This document shows, one piece after another, positions 1 through 12,548 of a stretch of DNA of 64,000 nt. Below the pieces are notes generated by a model. The model was not told where the DNA came from. It saw nothing but the letters and a program-made list of their open reading frames with translations, and ran no database searches. The position numbers and the translations under genes are program-made. The DNA comes from Lytechinus pictus. Taxonomy: Eukaryota. The first letter of the stretch is position 1. The number at the start of each line of letters is the position of its first letter. The stretch is from positions 746,001-810,000 of the forward strand of contig NW_026974140.1 in the NCBI RefSeq assembly GCF_037042905.1. The letters run 5' to 3'.

Positions 1-48
1 TCGATGTATTAAGCGCTATATAAAAGCGGATTATTATTATTATTATTA
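1..48 (+). mobile_element. 3' tail of a SINE/LINE ending in (TTA)n
   Basis: AAGCGCTATATAAAAGCGGA followed by (TTA)n. It abuts the start of the left palindrome arm and has no counterpart at the matching point of the right arm. Confidence 0.5.
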
Positions 49-264
49 GGTTTTATCATAAATTTACTTTTTGAAAATTATGCTATTTTGTGACTAAGGC
101 TACGTTTCATGTACTTTCCACCAATAGTATACGATATCAATGGATTCTAGTTAATCCTTTTGGGTAAGATTGGAACTAACTCTGTGTTTGGTAGATAAAG
201 TTATATGACTAACTTGTCCAAGTGTTGAGAAACGGGCCCCTGCTGAGTACATGTAGGCCTAGAG

Positions 265-618
265 TTTTTATGCCCCCACAGACGAAGCCCAGAGGGGGCA
301 TTAAGCGTTGCCCCTGTCCGTCCCCCCCCCCCCCACTTGGGTTTCCGCGCAATAACTCGAAAAATATTTAATGGATTTAAAAAAAATTTTGGTGTGTAGG
401 TAGATGACCACAAAATACAGGCTAAGTTCGAATTCGGAGTCCGCAGGTCAAAGGTCACATCTCATTATATATGCAAGTCGGTTCAAAGGTCTGAATTTGT
501 TAATTATATATATATGCATATTGGTTTCTGTATGATATTAAGTTCAATCATATTGAATGGATTTCTGATCGCGTTAAGCAGGGGCATCTGTGTCCTTTGG
601 ACACGTCAAATTTTCTTA
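265..618 (+). mobile_element. Short Helentron-associated (HINE/DINE-1-like) non-autonomous element
   Basis: 5' T-run then ATGCCCCC with a nearby partial inverted copy GGGGGCAT. The 3' end has GGGGCAT, the hairpin GTGTCC-TTT-GGACAC and a T-rich end. Inverted copy at about 11910-12850. Confidence 0.65.
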
Positions 619-663
619 ATTATGTGTAATTGATTTTATGACATGTGTTTACATTTGCTGCAG

Positions 664-869
664 ATTCCCATTCAGCCGTTGGACTGAACCGGTACTGTAA
701 CACAGTATGGATGGTCAATATGAAGCGAGCTTCATTGAATTGTTCCAAGAGCTTTGTACTCCGTTTTGCTCATTTTGAAGATGGTAGCTTTGACAGGACT
801 GGGCAAGTGACACGTCTTAGACAGGATGCTGTCCCAACCATATTTGATTTCCTGCCTCGTCTTCAGAAG
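664..869 (+). pseudogene. THAP-domain exon 2, left copy (frameshifted)
   Basis: CAG acceptor at 661-663 and GT donor at 870. Encodes FPFSR, then after a frameshift VWMVNMKR..LRFAHFEDGSFDRTGQVTRLRQDAVPTIFDF, carrying the THAP W, HF and AVPTIF motifs. The third zinc-ligand Cys position reads Arg. Confidence 0.85.
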
Positions 870-1477
870 GTAGAGTAGATCTATATCATACATGTGTTCT
901 GAAGAAATATTTTCTCTGTATTATCTACCTTTGGTTTGATAAAACATTGCTTTAAATATTCCATTTTCAGTAGCCAAATAGAGATGAAAATTATCCTATT
1001 TGGGAGGTTAACCATGGACCTGGGCCTTTACTGTGTATTTACAGTAAACTCTTACTAAATGAACAAATATATTAAAAATTTGGTTTACCCTACATAATAA
1101 TCCTGGGCTACTTTTAGATTGCATAGCCCGGGGGGGGGGGGGGAGGCTTTTTGGTCCCCCTCTTCAGATCTCCGTCGATCGCAACGAAAACCAATACACA
1201 CGTCACCATCAATGTAATCTGCAAGCATGGAGCTAAGGGTGTATCGCTGATATTACAGAATTTAAATTTATTTTTAATAAATTAATAATGCTAATTTATG
1301 CCTAAATATAGAATTCTCTGCTTTAAAGGTAAATCTCTAAATAATTCCCCAAATTCTATGATTTCTAAACAAATGTGCTCCTGAAAAAAATGGTAAATCA
1401 AATTTCTAATCTTATGTATTGGTTCTATAATTCCATACGTATTTCTTAGTTTTGGGGCCTTATGTATTTTATTGGTT

Positions 1478-2626
1478 TTTGTCTCGCCTGCATAGCAGAG
1501 CGAGACTATAGGCGCCGCTTTTCCGACGGCGGCGGCGGCGTCAACATCAAATCTTAACCTAAGGTTAAGTTTTTGAAATGACATCATAACTTAGAAAGTA
1601 TATGGACCTAGTTCATGAAACTTGGGAATAAGGTTAATCAAGTATTGGTAAACATCCTGCTCGAGTTTGAGGTCACGTGACCAAGGTCAAAGGTCATTTA
1701 GGGTCAATGAACTTTGGTCAAGTTGGGGGTATTTGTTGAATTACTATCATAACTTTGAAAATTTATGGATCTAGTCCATGAAACTTGGACATAAGGTTAA
1801 TCAAGTATTAGTGAACATCCTGCCTGAGTTTCAGGTCACATGACCAAGGTCAAAGGTCTTTTAGGGTCAATGAACTTTTGCCAAGTTGGGGGTATTTGTT
1901 GAATTACCATCATAACTTTGAAAATTTATGGATTTAGTTCATGAAACTTGGACATTAGGTTAATCAAGTACCACTGAATATCCTGTGCGAGTTTCAGGTC
2001 ACATGACCATGGTGAATGGTCATTTAAGGTCAATGAACTTTGGCCGTGTTGGGGGTATATGTTAAATTACCATCCTAGCTCTGAAAGTTTATGGATCTAG
2101 TTCATAAAACTTGGACATAAGAGTAATCAAGTATCACTGAACATCCTGTACGAGTTTCAGGTCACATGACCATGGTCAAAGGTCATTAAAGGTCAATGAA
2201 CTTTGGCCGTGTTGGGGGTATTTGTTGAATTACCATCCTAACTATGAAAGTTTATGGATCTAGTTCATAACACTTGGGATATAAGAGTAATCAAGCATCA
2301 CTGAACATCCCCTGTGAGTTTCAGGTCACAAAACCAAGTCAAAGGTCAGTTAAGGTCAATAAACTTAGGCCATGTTGGGGTAATTGTTGAAGTGCCATCA
2401 TAACTTTGAAAGTTTATGGATAGAGTGAATGAAATGTGGACATGGGTGTAGTTGACAGTCTTAAGTCTCCGTTCAAATGTCATTTATGGTCAATGAACGT
2501 GGTATTATGTCATTATATGAATGATGTTTTTGTGAATGATTATTTTATAGTAGTTTTCAAAGTTAGCACTGCTGCTATATTAAATTGCGTAATGCAGGCG
2601 AGACTGCCAGAGGCGTTCCACTTGTT
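1478..2626 (+). mobile_element. HINE/Tsp/pearl-like element with about 5 internal 163-bp tandem repeats
   Basis: Subterminal inverted repeat GTCTCGCCTGCAT (1481) / ATGCAGGCGAGAC (2592-2604), (GGC)n microsatellite, repeat period 163 bp (AACTTTG at 1751 and 1914), 3' mini-hairpin GCCAGAGGC. Inserted in a T-run; the empty site is visible in the paralog near 3100. Confidence 0.8.
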
Positions 2627-3672
2627 TTTCAAAGAGATCACTTCGTGGTACTATTCCAATTATAAAAAGCAAAGATTTGATTATTTTCAACCAATCAGTG
2701 CAAGAATAATGATGCCTTTGTCAATTATGACTGAAAATAGAATTTCCATTGGATTAAATATGTATACAAAATAATATTTTTGAGCAGATTTTGATATTAT
2801 GGTATTGTAGATAATGCCATGGGTAACGCGCGTGCCAATTTTCGTCGCGATTGCGAGATCAACGGCCGAGATCATAAGGGGGGCTGAATCAGCCCCCCCC
2901 CCCCCCCCCGTCTTCTTAGGCGTCGAAATAGCCCAGTCTATTTAGGGTTAGATAAATCCCTAAATGATTCCCCAAATTCTATGATTTCTAAACAAATGTG
3001 CTCCTGAAGAAATGGTAATCAAATTTCTACTTTTATGTATTTTATTGGTTCTATAATTCCATACGTATTTCTTTGTTTTGGGGCCTTATGTATTTTATAG
3101 TTTTTTTTCAATGGGATCACTTCGTGGCACTATTCCAATTATAAAAAGCAAGATTTGATTATTTCCAACCAATTAGTGCAAGAATAATGATGCATTTGTC
3201 AATTATGACTGAAAATAGAATTTCCATTGGATTAAATATGTATACAAAATAATATTTTTGAGCAATTTTCGGTCCAACATGAACTCATAAAATGTTGCGT
3301 AACTGCGTATCTGGGCGTCTCGAATTTTGTCTAAAAGCTCTGCGAGAATTGAACGAAAAAAAAAATTGTGGTACCTCGTTTCTCCTTGTGGACTTATCGT
3401 GAAAAATGTGGATGGGGGGGGCTTATTAAGCTTATTAAGCCCCCCCCCCCCCCGGGGCTAGATAGGGTTAATATATCATCATGAATATTAAAAAAAAAAC
3501 ATTTATTTTGTTGCAAGTCACTGGAAAAGGTTTGATTCCTAAATAAATATTATTCTTCATGTATTATCGAATATTTAATTGAAAAATTTAAAGCTATCTT
3601 TTCATTCTTCTATCTGTTTTTGTTCAATATTTCTTATATGTTTCTTTTTTTTAATTCATTCATCTCGTACAG

Positions 3673-3843
3673 AGTTCATCCAAGCCAAGGAATTCCCCGA
3701 AAGAAAGACGTTTTGATTCAGCAAACAACCTCCCAGATACTGCAAAGTCTTCAGCACCTTCATTTCTCGAGGACCACTCCTACTCAATATCAGAAAGTCC
3801 AAGAGGGGTAAAGTGGAAGATAACAGCAATAATGGACTATTAA
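3673..3843 (+). pseudogene. THAP gene exon 3, left copy (premature stop after 2-bp deletion)
   Basis: Pyrimidine tract plus CAG at 3670-3672. Translates SSSKPRNSPKERRFDS...FLEDHSYSISESPRGVKWKITAIMDY*, containing the DHSY motif. Confidence 0.75.
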
Positions 3844-6143
3844 AAACTTGGAGAAGAGGCTGAAACCACACAGCAGAAGTCCCGCCGTGTACATTACTTG
3901 CTCTTAAGTTTGGACAAACATGACTCGCAAAACTTTACAACAAATAATTTACGCTATGTGCATTCTGATTATTTAAAATAGCTCAATGAAAAAGTTTACC
4001 ACTGGGCATGTAACAAAAGTGCATTCATTAAATTTGAACGTGTTGCAAAAATGATGTCTTACAGTATATTCATTCTGACTTAGAATGTCAGAAGAGAAAA
4101 AAGTTTGTGAAAAGTAGGAATGACAGCAAGCTGACAGAAGAATAGAACAGGATAGAACAAGGCGATAGTTATGAATGAGCTGTTGGATAGAGACAAAAAG
4201 ATGAATTAAGAATGGGGGTGATAGAGAAAGAGAGACGGGTGTTGGGGGAGCCTGTGATCAATGCCTGAGAAAGCGAAGATTACCATAATTTTTTTAAGGA
4301 TTTGAACAGTCAGGAAGAATCTGGGTTTTTTTTTCTGTTGGTATTTCTCAAAATACTTGTATGTTTTATGTAACGAAACGGGTATAATCCTTCGGAAGTT
4401 TCACTCACACAGAAAATATTAACTAAACAAAAGAAAAAAAGCCAAATAATTCACTGATTTTCAATTGTTCAGTAACTCTCATATCCAAAGTGCCCCCCCC
4501 CCCCATCATTTCAATGTATTGGAGAGAGAGTATGAACGGGACATGGCTGTCTGCAGAAAAAAAAAATATGGGGGGGGGGGGCAAACAATTTTTGGGATAT
4601 GTGCAAGGGAGCGAAGCGACAGCAGAAAATTATTTTGCAATATATGCGAGAGAGCGAAATGACAGAGAAGAAAAATGCAAGAGACAAGAGATTTGGGGAA
4701 TATGTGAGAGGGAGCGAAGTGACCAAGCAGAAGAAATGTAGAGGACATAAAATTGTTGGGGTATGTGAGGGAGCAAAGCAACCGATAAAAAAAGCAGGTC
4801 AAAATATTTTTTGTGAATGATTATTTTATAGTAGTTTTCAAAGTTAGCACTGCTGCTATATTAAATTGCATAATGCAGGCGAGACTGCCAGAGGCGTTCC
4901 ACTTGTTTTTCAATGAGATCACTTCGTGGTACTATTCCAATTATAAAAAGCAAAGATTTGATTATTTTCAACCAATCAGTGCAAGAATAATGATGCCTCT
5001 GTCAATTATGACTGAAAATAGAATTTCCATTGGATTAAATATGTATACAAAATAATATTTTTGAGCAGATTTTGATATTATGGTATTGTAGATAATGCCA
5101 TGGGTAACGCGCGTGCCAATTTTTGTCGCGATTGCGAGATCAACGGCCGAGATCATAAGGGGGGCTGAATCAGCCCCCCCCCCCCCCCCGAAATGAGCGA
5201 AATGACAGAGAAGAAAAATGCAAGGGACAAGAGATTTGGGGAATATGTGAAAGGGAGCGAAGTGACCAAGCAGAAGAAATGTAGAGGACATAAAATTGTT
5301 GGGGTATGTGAGGGAGCAAAGCAACCGATAAAAAAAGCAGGTCAAAATATTTTCGAATATGTGTGAGGAAGCGACTCGTTCACTCTTGAGCAGTAGGGAC
5401 TTGTTTAAAAATAGCTTAAGAAATATGCGTTTTCTAAGCATGGTAAACACATATTGTAGGCCTACGGTAGAATTTAGGTGCTCTAAGAGTTAGATTCTGA
5501 ATGAGCTGCATTTGCTGGTAAGACATGCGCAGAGGATCTTTGTCTTTCATCCATTTTCCACACTTTTCTTTTGATTTCAGTTTCCAGGCAGAAAGGCCAA
5601 CCCTCCTGTGGATGCCAATGGGGCAGGGGATTATATGCTTAAAATGCCATTTTTTCTGGTTGGAATATCAAACATTATCCTGAGCTTCGCGCTCATTTTA
5701 AAAATTATGTATAAACTATTAATGCTGATAAATACATTTAGATGTGCAGTGCTCTCTTGTAAAGCAGTTTTGTACTGAAGAGGCTACCCTGGGTAAATAA
5801 AACAGAATAAATGAATAAAGAAATAAATAAAAATGATGTTTCTAATCTCAGACTTTCTTATGCCCCTCGAAAGCTCACCCATTTTTACAATTCTTTGTTT
5901 CTCTTTTGATATCTAAAGTTCCGGTTTTTCCCTTTCTATCGTGCACTATTCTAAGCCCCAGCCCCACTGGCTTCCACAGGAGGGGGGGGGGGGCTTCCCC
6001 TGAAAACTGAAATCAAACAAAAGAAATTTGAAAAATAAAAATGGATAAGAGACACAGATCCTTGCCGCATGTCTTACCAGCCAATACAGTTCATTCAGAA
6101 TTTGACTCGTAAAACACCTAAATTCTACCGTAGGCCTATAATA

Positions 6144-7549
6144 GGTTTATTGCCATTTCGTCTACTGCCATTTTGTCCACTCACCAAATGGTATGTCATT
6201 TCATCTACCATCAGTTGTTCCTTTTCCACATCTTCCAATTACCATTTTGTCCAATAGCTAGTTCGTCTAATAACCAATTTGTCTACTTTCATTTGGTCTA
6301 ATTGCATTTTTGGCCAATTTGTCCAATAGCCACTTTGTCCATTTTCATTATGTCTATTACCATTTAGTCCAATAGCCAATTGGTCTAAGGGCAAATGGCC
6401 ACTGACCACTTAGTCTACTTACATTTTGTCTATGTTCCATTTTGTCCAACTGCAGTTGATCCACTGTCACTTAGTCTAAACCCATTTCATCTAACAATCA
6501 TTTGGTCTAATCATCAATGGGTCCAATTGCCATCCCGGTCAATATTCGTTTCGTCTACAATCAAATAGGAATAGTCTCCTATTAGCAGTCCTTCTAGTTT
6601 GGTGCCTGTGTATTGCTACCTCGACTCCTGTTGCTCTTGTGATTTGTTATTAATTTACACCTGTCGTTTGATTAATCTGTTATTAGTGTTTTTTTAAGCT
6701 CCATTGTAATACATTTTATGTTTTTATGTAATGTTCTCCCCATCCTTTCCCACTTTTCTCTCTTTTTAATTTTTTTTGTACCGTCCAAGGCTGTTATCGT
6801 TATTATTATAGTACATTTCTTGTTTATTAGTACTATCATTAATTACTATTATTACAATTATTATCATTGTTATATGATGAGTGATGATTATCATTTTTAG
6901 GTGTGCATTTGTAAAAAAAAAGAAATGAGGGTAAATTCCAAATCAAAGGACCCTATTTCAATTTTATCAATTTTAACCACTCCAATTCCCCCTTTTGTGT
7001 GCGTGATGTGGTAGAGAGAGCGGGGGGGGGGGGGTAGGAGGCTGCATGCTGTACCGCATCATTCCATTCCTGATAGCAGGCCTAGTTATATATTTTTTTA
7101 TCTTCAGGAATTTCAAGGTATATTTAAGAAGTCATTTCGTCCCCCCCCCCGGATGATGCATTATATTTGTATTAGACAACATGGCTATTGGACCAATTGG
7201 CTATTAGACTAAATGACTATTGGACGATTTGAGAATTGGACGAACTGGGCGATTTGGTTGTTAGACAAACTGATTATTGGACCTAATGGGTGGTGGACGA
7301 AATGATAGACGAAATGACAATTATCCGGTAGATAATTTGGATATTGGACCAACTGATATTAGCCAACATGGCTTGGACTAAATGAACATTGGACGAACTG
7401 ATTAATGGAGATGGCATTAGCCTTAATAGAATTAGACTAAATGGGTGGTAAACGAAATTGCTATTGGACGAAATGGCATTTATAGACAAAATGAAGGTAG
7501 ACCATGTGGTGAGTGGACTGTATGGCAGTAGACGAATTGGCAATTTACC
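6144..7549. mobile_element. Foldback-type non-autonomous DNA transposon with arms of about 20-bp degenerate repeats
   Basis: TIR GGTTTATTGCCATTTCGTCTACTGCCAT vs ATGGCAGTAGACGAATTGGCAATTTACC. CATTTTGTCCAA-type arrays at 6150-6560 and inverted at 7170-7545. It interrupts the 5790-7660 duplicated unit. No clean TSD. Confidence 0.8.
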
Positions 7550-8813
7550 TTAAAATATGGGTTTACCATTCTTAGAAAACGCATGTTTCCTAAAACAAGT
7601 CCCTACCGCTCGGGAGTGAATGTGTCGCTCCCTCGCACATATTCCAAAATATTTTGACTGACCCTGGGTAAATAAAATAAACAATTACAAAAACAAAAAT
7701 GTTGTTTTTAATCTGAGACTTTTTAATGCCCCTCGAAAGTTCACCTGCTTTCTCACTCTCCCCCTCTCTATCTTTGTTTTTATTCATTTTCATTTTACAA
7801 TTCTTTCTTTCTCTTTTGATATCTATAAAGTTCAGATTCACCCTCTCTAACTTGCACTATTCCAAGCCCCCGCCCCATTGGTATCCACAGGAATGGGGGG
7901 AGGGGGGGCTTACCCCCTGGAAAATAAATTCAAACAAAAGAAAATGTGAAAATAAAAATGGATAAAGACAAATAATCCTCTGCGCATGTCTAACCAGCCA
8001 ATACAGTTCATTCAGAATTTAACTCTTACAACACCTAAATTCTACCATATTATCAGTTTACCATGATTATAGAAAACGCATATTTCCTATGCCATTTTTA
8101 AACAAGTCCCTATCGCTCGGGAGTGAACGTGTCGCGCACCAGCACAAATTCAAAAAATATTTTGATTGACCTGCTTTCTGGTTTTTTTTATCGGATGCTT
8201 TGCTCCCTCACACATACCACAATTTTTGTCCCTCTTTCCTTTTACTTCTGCTTGGTCACTTTGCTCCCTCTCACATATTCTCGAAATATTTTGGCCCCTG
8301 CATTTGTTCTTCTCGTCACTTTGCTCTCTCATATATATCCCCAGAATAATTTTTCTGCTCGGTCGCTTCGCTCCCTTGAACATATCCTAAAAATGTTTTG
8401 CTCCCCCTGCATTTTTTTCTGCAGACAGCCAATCCATTTCTCATCCAACCTCTCTCTCTCTCCAATACCTTGAAATGAGGGGGGGGGGGGTACTTTTGAT
8501 ATGAGAGTGTCTGAACAGTTGAAAATAAGTAAAATATAATTTGGTTTTTTTTTTTGTTTAGTTAATATTTTCTGAATGAGTGTATCTTACAAAAGGATTA
8601 TACCCATTTCCTTACATACAACATACACATATTTTGAGAAATACCAACAGAAAAAACATGTACTATTCATTACTGTCCAAATCCTAAAAAAAAATTATGG
8701 TAATGTTCGCTTTCTCAGGCATTCATCAAAGGCTCCCCCACACCTGTCTCTCTTTCTCTATCACCCTCAATCTCAATTCATCTTTTTGTCTCTATCCAAC
8801 AGCTCATTAGTAA

Positions 8814-9413
8814 AGGTCAAGTTTACCCAAGAAAATTGTTGGTTCAGTTAAATTGAGAAAAATCAAACTAGCATAACGCTGACAATTTCATCAAAATGGG
8901 ATGTAAACTAAGAAAGTTATGGCATTTTAAATTTTCACTTATTTTTCACAAAACAAAAATATTTACAACTCAGTGACATGCAAATGAGACAGTCGATAAT
9001 GTCCCTCACTCACTGTTTATTTTGTTTTTTATTGTTTGAATCATACAATATTTCATTTTTTACAGATTTTACCATAAGGACAAACTTTACTGAACCAAAA
9101 AAGTATTGAATAATGCTAATTCCACATGATCAGGGAGGAATAAAATTTTGTTTAACATGACAAGGAGAAAATTAGAATATACCTTATTCTATATATCAAA
9201 TGAAATAGTGAGTGGATGACGTCATCAGTCTCCTCATTTGCATACTGACTGTGTACAGAATGTGCATATAACTCTTTTGTAAAATTTAGCAAAATTTTTA
9301 AATGTCATAACTTTCTTATTTTACATCCGATTTTTTATCAAATTTTCAGTGTTATGCTTGTTGGATTTTTTTCTTTTTATTCATATCAACAATTTTTGGG
9401 GTGGACTTGTCCT
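8814..9413. mobile_element. Kolobok-like MITE (right arm only)
   Basis: Termini AGGTCAAGTTTACCC / GGGTGGACTTGTCCT with long imperfect TIRs and degenerate TTAA flanks (GTAA/TTAT). Absent from the left arm near 4170. Confidence 0.75.
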
Positions 9414-9605
9414 TTATCTGTCCCCCTTGCTCTATCCTGTTTTATTCTTCTGTCATCTTGCCGTCATTCCTACTTTTCACAAACTTTTTTCTCTTCTGAC
9501 ATTCTAAGTCAGAATGAATATACTGTAAGACATCATTTTTGCAACACGTTCAAATTTAATGAATTCACTTTTGTTACATGCCCACTGATAAACTATTTCA
9601 TTGAG

Positions 9606-9917
9606 CTATTTTAAATAATCAGAATGCACATTGGGGTAATTATTTGTTGTAAAGTTTTGCAAGTTATGTTTGTCCAAACTTAAGAGCAAGTAATGTACAC
9701 GGCGGGACTTCTCGTGTGTGGTTTTCAGCCTCTTCTCCAAGTTCTTAATACAGTCCATTATTGCTGTTATCTTCCACTTTACCTCTCTTGGACTTTCTGA
9801 TGTTGAGTAGGAGTGGTCCTCGAGAAATGAAGGTGCTGAAGACTTTGCAGTATCTGGGAGGTTGTTTGCTGAATCAAAACGTCTTTCTTTCGGGGAATTC
9901 CTTGGCTTGGGTGAATT
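9606..9917 (-). pseudogene. THAP gene exon 3, right copy (open frame: HCF-1-binding motif plus coiled coil)
   Basis: AG acceptor at 9919-9918. Open 312-nt frame NSPKPRNSPKERRFDS...LEDHSYSTSESPREVKWKITAIMDCIKNLEKRLKTTHEKSRRV...DYLK*. Confidence 0.75.
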
Positions 9918-10647
9918 CTGTACGAGATGAATGAATTAAAAAAAAGAAACATATAAGAAATATTGAACAAAAACAGATAGAAGAATGAAAAGATAGCTTT
10001 AAATTTTTCAATTAAATATTTGATAATACATGAAGAATAATATTTATTTAGGAATCAAACCTTTTCCAGTGACTTGCAACAAAATAAATGTTTTTTTTTT
10101 TTAATATTCATGATGATATATTAACCCTATCTAGCCCCTGGGGGGGGGGGGGGGGCTTAATAAGCCCCCCCCCCCCCCCATCCACATTTTTCACGATAAG
10201 TCCACAATGAGAAACGAGGTACCACAATTTTCTTTTTCGTTCAATTCTCGCAGAGCTTTTAGACAAAATTCGAGACGCCCAGATACGCAGTTACGCAACA
10301 TTTTATGAGTTCATGTTGGACCGAAAATTGCTCAAAAATATTATTTTGTATACATATTTAATCCAATGGAAATTCTATTTTCAGTCACAATTGACAAATG
10401 CATCATTATTCTTGCACTAATTGGTTGGAAATAATCAAATCTTGCTTTTTATAATTGGAATAGTGCCACGAAGTGATCCCATTGAAAAAAAACTATAAAA
10501 TACATAAGGCCCCAAAACAAAGAAATACGTATGGAATTATAGAACCAATAAAATACATAAAAGTAGAAATTTGATTTACCATTTCTTCAGGAGCACATTT
10601 GTTTAGAAATCATAGAATTTGGGGAATTATTAAGGGATTTATCTTTA

Positions 10648-11285
10648 ACCCTAAATAGACTGGGCTATTTCGACGCCTAAGAAGACGGGGGGGAGGGGGG
10701 GGCTGATTCAGCCCCCCTTATGATCTTGGCCGTTGATCTCGCAATCGCGACGAAAATTGGCACGCGCGTTACCCATGGCATTATCTACAATACCATAATA
10801 TCAAAATCTGCGAAAAATCTCATTGCTCATTATGTTAATTAATGCGTAAAATCATAAGTTTGCTCTAATTAACAAAATAATGCCCCTAAAATGCTCATTT
10901 TTGTTTCACTTACTCTTTATAGGCATCTGATTAAATTAATTTTTAAAAAAGTTGTCAACATCACATTCATTTTTTTATGTATTTTATTGTTTTTTCAATG
11001 GAAATTGTCGGAGACGTTTTTTTTTACCATAAACAAGATAAAATTAATTGATTTTGAGCAGTAAAAGGAAAAATATGATACATTTTATAAATTTTGGCTA
11101 AAAACACTACTTGCATTGGATTTGTACACAAATACACGTTTTTGAGCAATTTTGGTTCTGCATGCATTTACGAAATGTTGCGTAATTTCGGAACCCTGTA
11201 CCTGGGGGTCACAATTTTGGTCTCAAAAGTTGCGCAAGACTTGAAAGTAAAAAGTCAACGAGTGACGCGGTCAAAAAAATGTCGA
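10648..11285 (+). mobile_element. piggyBac-like MITE, one end truncated
   Basis: Begins TTAACCCTAAATAGACTGGG. Internally similar to 44533-45300. Confidence 0.55.
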
Positions 11286-11651
11286 GCTCCATGCTTGCAG
11301 ATTACATTGATGGTGACGTGTGCATCGGTTTTCGTTGCGATCGACAGTGCATGGAGATCTGAAGAGGGGGACCAAAAAGGCCCCCCCCCCCGGGCTATGC
11401 AATCTCAAAGTAGCCCAGGATTATTATGTAGGGTAAACCAAATTTTTAATATATTTGTTTATTTAGTAAGAGTTTACTGTAAATACACAGTATAGGCCCA
11501 GGTCCATGGTTACCCTCCCAAATAGGATAATTTTCATCTCTATTTGGCTACTGAAAATGGAATATTTAAAGCAATGTTCTATCAAACCAAAGGTAGATAA
11601 TACAGAGAAAATATTTCTTTAGAACACATGTATGATATAGATCTACTGTAC

Positions 11652-11861
11652 CTTCTGAAGACGAGGCAGGAAATCAAACATGGTTGGGACAGCATCCTGT
11701 CTAAGACGAGTCACTTGCCCAGTCCTGTCAAAGCAACCATCTTCAAAATGGTCAGAACGGAGTACAGAGCTCTTGGAGGAATTCAATGAAGCTCGCTTCA
11801 TATTGACCATCCATACTGTGTTACAGACAGTACAGGTTCAGTCCAACGGCTGAATGGGAAT
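11652..11861 (-). pseudogene. THAP-domain exon 2, right copy (frameshifted)
   Basis: AG/GT boundaries. Encodes FPFSR...VWMVNMKRASLNSSKSSVLRSDHFEDGCFDRTGQVTRLRQDAVPTMFDFLPRLQK. Confidence 0.85.
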
Positions 11862-11951
11862 CTGCAGCAAATGTAAACACATGTCATAAAATCAATTACA
11901 CATAATTAAGAAAATTTGACTTGTCCAAAGGACACAGATGCCCCCGCTTAA

Positions 11952-12548
11952 AGGGGAATCCAACCCAAATAAAAAATTGTTTTTATAAGGAAAAGAAAAA
12001 TCAGACAAGTTGATAGGTGAAAGTTTGAACAATATTGGACAAACAACAAGAAAGTTATGAATTTTTAAAAGTTGTAAATATTGGTAATCACTGTACCCAT
12101 GGAGACTTCAAATTGGCTGCATATGGGATGTCATAGTGATGTAAGGCAAGGACTACTCTTCCATGTACTCCAATTCATATTATGGCGAAAATGTGATTTT
12201 TTCCCAAAAGTTTTATTTCAAATTAATATTTTTCTTTCATGAGGACATAAAACAATATACTACCTGGGTTATATTTAGATTACTGCCCCAGGGGAATGGG
12301 TACTTAGGAGAAAACCACTAATCCCTGATAATAAAGTACATGGCCTATGGGAAAGTTGTCCTTGCCCCTTGTCATAATTTACTTATCCAGTTGCCAATTT
12401 GAAATCTACATAGTATTAGTGATCTCAATTTTAAAGCAGCTATAACTTTCTTATTGCTTGTCTGATTTCTTTCAAACTTTCCCCATTCTGTTTAATTTAT
12501 ATTTCTCCTTCCCAACACAACATTTAATGGCCAAGGCTGGATTCCCCT
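11952..12548. mobile_element. Kolobok-like MITE with TTAA TSD (right arm only)
   Basis: TTAA|AGGGGAATCCA...TGGATTCCCCT|TTAA. The orthologous left-arm site has a single TTAA (574-577). Confidence 0.9.

Larger units (their letters stand above)
49..5570 (+). repeat. Left arm of large inverted duplication
   Basis: Reverse-complement matches: 49-577 to 12549-13042, 578-1230 to 11286-11950, 2786-4170 to 9415-10810, 4170-4810 to 8150-8810, 5190-5570 to about 7950-8320. Confidence 0.95.
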
